Assembly: GCF_027921745.1 (NCBI RefSeq) | Contig: NC_079238.1 | Coordinates: 1 to 64,000 of the forward strand | DNA from: Schizosaccharomyces osmophilus | Taxonomy: Eukaryota | DNA length: 64,000 bases | Reading direction: 5' to 3' | Shown: positions 60,049-64,000 of the stretch, in pieces | Layout of the letters: each line of letters opens with the position of its first letter | Position numbering within the stretch: position 1 is the first letter of the stretch | Position numbers and translations under genes: made by a program | Notes under the pieces: model-generated | The model's database searches: none | What the model was told of the DNA's origin: nothing | Seen by the model: the letters and a program-made list of their open reading frames with translations, nothing else

Positions 60049-60816
60049 CATTTTTTGAAAAACATAAAGTAGAAAGATTTATGGTAAACCGAGTTTTTTG
60101 AGTTGCTAAAAAACAATGAACGATTTGTAGTGTTGTTTATGTTTGATATGTATTGTCTATTCTAGTCAGAGGCATATGCTCAATAGGAATAGCCCTTACT
60201 GTTTAGTAGATAAAAGAAAATGTTGATGATCTTTTAATAAACATTCAAATATCTAGATTGATGCAAGCCTTCTTGATGCCGAGTAAAATACTTTCGAGCC
60301 AGAAAATTTCATAAAAATCCATAAAAAGTTCAAAGGTTGCAACTCAATAACAACGCTTTGCAGTGGATGGAAAGTAAATAGCTGAACCATCAAACGTTTC
60401 CCCCAAGACAGTAGAAACCCTCCCGAAACTTTCGCTGCAAGATTAACGACCGCAACTATCAGAAAAGAAAACCCGACTAACTGTGGAACCTTTAGGAAGA
60501 AGCTTGGGTCATGCTTCCCCGATGGAAACTAGAATGCCTTGCTTTCACCTTTGCAAGCAGAATCCACCTCACACAAAATGACCTCCGCCATCGGCTCCTA
60601 AATACCATACGTTCTTCAAATGCTTATTCTTTACCTTTTTAATGCCGATCGTCTGTCCTCTATAATAGATGTTGCAATCAAAGTGGTCTCTTATCAATCC
60701 CAATTCCAGTCATCAAATAGTCCTTTATAACACAAATTAAAAACTAATAAAACATTCAATCCAGGCTTTTATTGGAAACCTTCAACATTCTTCTAGTAGC
60801 ATCCAAGCTCCATTCG

Positions 60817-60954
60817 ATCTGATAAACGAGCCAAGCCAAGTTAAGCTTATTCAAGAAAGTTTTATCTGATGATCACAACGGCTTATCAGATCCCAATCGA
60901 ATGGGGTTCTCAAGAAAAGTGCAACTAGTTATCAGCGGAAGCCGCGGTGATAAG
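60817..60954. promoter_or_regulatory. Cluster of Fep1/SreA-type GATA sites upstream of COMT
   Basis: ATCWGATAA at 60817 (+), 60862 (-) and 60883 (-); TGATAA at 60929 (-) and 60948 (+). Confidence 0.7.
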
Positions 60955-61219
60955 TTTGCATTTTCGACCGATTCTATGAAAGAAGAATCAATGAAAAGCC
61001 TCCAAGACTCCGTGATTGAATGCGAATTCACGTTCTAGTTCGATTTTTCAAGCACCACAAATCTCCATCAACGTCATGATTGTCATGAAGAATGTTTAAG
61101 AAGAAAGGTACTAAAAGGCATAAGAAGACTCCATCTATAAAGATCCTCACTCGGTCCTTTCCAAAATTAGGTATCTAATTGCTTGTATTGTTTTATTGCT
61201 TTGCCTTGTTATAAAAAAA

Positions 61220-61990
61220 ATGACTGCTGAATACGAAAAAGAACATGCTCTGTTGAATCATATATTCTCTTTGCCATCTGAAAAATTGGATGCAATTCGT
61301 GGAGAACCCGAGTTGGTTTTGAAGGCTATTGACGATTATCAAACAAGCGCACAGATCCATTACATGGATATTGGCCAAGTTAAGGGTCGAATCATTATTG
61401 ACAAAATCCAAGAAAAGAAACCCAAGGTTATGGTGGAATTAGGCGGATACCTTGGCTATTCTGCGATTTTGTTTGGTAAAGAACTTTTGCAGGACCCTGC
61501 CGCCCATTACTATAGCCTGGAAGTCAATTCTACCTTTGCTGGAATGGCTTCCAAGTTGATTGATTTGGCAGGACTTTCTCACAAAGTGACGATCCTCGTC
61601 AGCTCTGCATCAGAATCGTTAGTTACATTACAAAAAGCATTGCAAAAAGAAATTCCAGGATTCCACGCATTTGATTTTGTTTTCATTGACCACTGGAAAG
61701 ATTTGTACGTTCCCGACTTGCGAGTGATGGAATCTTTGAATCTAATCGCTCCAGGAACTGTCTTGGTGGGCGACAACATCTACAAACCAGGTGCCCCAGA
61801 ATATGTCGAATACATTCAAGGCACTCCCGACTCCAAGCGTGAGCACAACGCCAAGGTTCGCAATGTTAATGGACACGACTTTGTTGGAAGATGGGATATT
61901 TTGTACGACTCGAAAACCGTGCCTGTCGAGTTGGGAAATAGAACGGATGCCATTGAAATCACTCATTGCACTGGGTACGCTGAAAAGTGA
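61220..61990 (+). CDS. Catechol O-methyltransferase-like
   Basis: MDIGQVKG, VELGGYLGYSA, FVFIDHWKDLY, VGDN..PGAP. Confidence 0.93.
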   Translation: MTAEYEKEHALLNHIFSLPSEKLDAIRGEPELVLKAIDDYQTSAQIHYMDIGQVKGRIIIDKIQEKKPKVMVELGGYLGYSAILFGKELLQDPAAHYYSLEVNSTFAGMASKLIDLAGLSHKVTILVSSASESLVTLQKALQKEIPGFHAFDFVFIDHWKDLYVPDLRVMESLNLIAPGTVLVGDNIYKPGAPEYVEYIQGTPDSKREHNAKVRNVNGHDFVGRWDILYDSKTVPVELGNRTDAIEITHCTGYAEK

Positions 61991-62677
61991 ACATGATGGA
62001 TTCTCTTTTCTTCTATGTTGACCATGTTTTTTTATAAGCTCATTCTTTCTACTTTGTAAGGCTGATCTCGTAAGATATATACATTTTGAATCATAAATAC
62101 ATTTTTAACTTTCTACCTTTGTTTTCTGATAGGAAAATGTTGTTGGATATACAGCAAGTCGTCATGTCATTCATAGTTATCGAAAAGTATGGTCATTTAT
62201 GGCATTGCTAAAGTAGTTTTCTGATTTCTTTCTTTTTTTTTTTCCGTCCGTTGAATGTACTACTAGATGCATTGTTTCAAATGAAGCCGCTACAATTTGG
62301 GCATCCATGATGATACTTTTACAGTGAATGTTTAGCAACGAACACACTTCATCTAGTTCTCTTAACAAAGAAACGACACATAAGATTTACAGCCCAACCC
62401 AAGTATACCCTTTAATTATATCTACTGTGCTGTATAGCATTTTGCTACATATTTACTTGCACGACCTAAGAAACCGACCAATTTGGATGCTGTATTGCAG
62501 CTAAATAATGACATAATTGATACAGTTTTGCTTACTAAACATAACGAGATATCCAGCCACTATTTTAAATCGTTTTCTTTCCGACTTGATAAGCACAACC
62601 TCCCTTCGTAGTGCATACTTATAAAAGTCGTTTACTGCAGACTTACCTACTACCAAACAGTTGCGCTCTCTTTCAAT

Positions 62678-63718
62678 ATGGCCACTAACCAAGAGACAGT
62701 TCACTTTGATCCCAAAAACATGCAGTTTCGCTTTCTTGGTCCTTCTGGATTGCGAGTTTCTGCCTTCTCTTTAGGAGGTTGGTTGACCTATGGTAACACC
62801 GGATACGATATTGAACATACCAAAAAGTGCCTCAAGCAAGCATGGGATTTGGGAATTAACACGTTTGACACTGCCGAGGTTTACAGTCAAGGAAACTCGG
62901 AACTTGTTATGGGGAAAGCTATCAAGGATTTGGAATGGAAGCGTTCTGAATATGTTTTGATCACCAAAGTGTTCTTTGGTGCCGGTCCTAAGCTCCCCAA
63001 TACTACGGGCTTGTCAAGAAAACATATCCTTGAAGGTGTTAACAATTCTCTAAAGAGACTCGACACGGAGTATGTGGATGTGATCATGGCCCATCGTTAT
63101 GACCCTTCCGTACCTATGGAAGAGATCGTTCGTGCCTTTACACATCTTATTCATGAAGGCAAAGCATTTTATTGGGGCACCTCTGAATGGAGTGCTTTCG
63201 AAATCGAGCATGCTCACCACATTGCTACGAAGTACAACTTGATTGCCCCCATTGCTGACCAACCCCAGTACAACTATGTGACGCGTGACCATCTTGAAAA
63301 GGACTTGCTGCCTCTCCAACAAATCTATGGTTACGGCTCTACCGTTTGGAGTCCTTTGAAATTCGGTATTTTGACCGGAAAGTACAACGATGGAATCCCG
63401 GAAGATTCTCGTTTGAATACAACATATTCACAGTACGCAGATCACCTTAAATCACCTGAAGGAAAAAAGACCCTTCAACAAGTTCGTCAAGTGAGTCAAA
63501 TTGCCGAGAAATTAGGTGCGTCACCCGCTCAACTTGCCCTTGCTTGGACGTTGAAGAACCCCCATGTGTCTACAACAATTTTGGGTGCTAGTAAGCCCGA
63601 GCAGATTGTGGAGAATGCCAAGGCCTTGGATTTTGTCGATAAGTTGACTCCCGAAATCCTAAAGGAAATGGATGATATTTTAGAGTTTAAACCTTTGGAT
63701 GTCCAATACCGCCATTAG
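62678..63718 (+). CDS. Aldo-keto reductase, Kv-beta-like
   Basis: LGGWLTYG, FDTAEVY, ITKVF, YWGTSEWS, WSPL. Confidence 0.94.
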   Translation: MATNQETVHFDPKNMQFRFLGPSGLRVSAFSLGGWLTYGNTGYDIEHTKKCLKQAWDLGINTFDTAEVYSQGNSELVMGKAIKDLEWKRSEYVLITKVFFGAGPKLPNTTGLSRKHILEGVNNSLKRLDTEYVDVIMAHRYDPSVPMEEIVRAFTHLIHEGKAFYWGTSEWSAFEIEHAHHIATKYNLIAPIADQPQYNYVTRDHLEKDLLPLQQIYGYGSTVWSPLKFGILTGKYNDGIPEDSRLNTTYSQYADHLKSPEGKKTLQQVRQVSQIAEKLGASPAQLALAWTLKNPHVSTTILGASKPEQIVENAKALDFVDKLTPEILKEMDDILEFKPLDVQYRH

Positions 63719-64000
63719 GTTTGTTCATTATGGCTAAGATGAGATTGGTAATGCCCTTACATTTGATTAGTTTTAAATATAAGATTTTGAAGATTCTTTT
63801 CTAATAAAGCGGGCGATGCCCCCTATTAGGCGTAATCCAAAGGTTTCCTTTGTTTTCGAAAGGTTTAGAATTTTGCGATATATGTAATGTTTTCCAATCA
63901 CCAAGAAAGAAGTCCTTACCTATGTCAACAACAACTAGTAGATAATATTCTCACTCTTTTCATATACTTGCTATCGTGATTTTCAAATGAAATCTTCTTT

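Overview
Left end of a fission-yeast chromosome, most consistent with the Schizosaccharomyces octosporus/osmophilus/cryophilus clade. The evidence is a telomere of mixed 9-bp GGGTTACTT and 11-bp GGGTTACACTT units and dispersed Schizosaccharomyces-type 5S rDNA. After the telomere come ~7 kb of telomere-associated repeats and low-complexity DNA, then a telomere-linked RecQ helicase (tlh) with a decayed 5' half. The remaining ~53 kb is a fast-turnover subtelomeric gene zone. It holds an MFS transporter, three hsp16, four same-strand 5S copies, oxidoreductases, GST, small cell-wall proteins, a Flo11-domain adhesin with one internal stop, a permease, a GATase, COMT and an AKR, plus many pseudogenes and at least ten solo, nested or degenerate LTRs. 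The three most interesting signals are: (1) an intact 210-aa orphan at 24327-24959 whose motif spacing matches, from memory, the zymocin-type killer-plasmid immunity protein; (2) three Mug135/Tdk1-like candidate killer meiotic drivers with variable 21-bp heptad repeats, each just downstream of an LTR; (3) tyrosine-recombinase-like catalytic motifs fused to the telomere-linked helicase. All family assignments are by eye and from memory; no database search was run.
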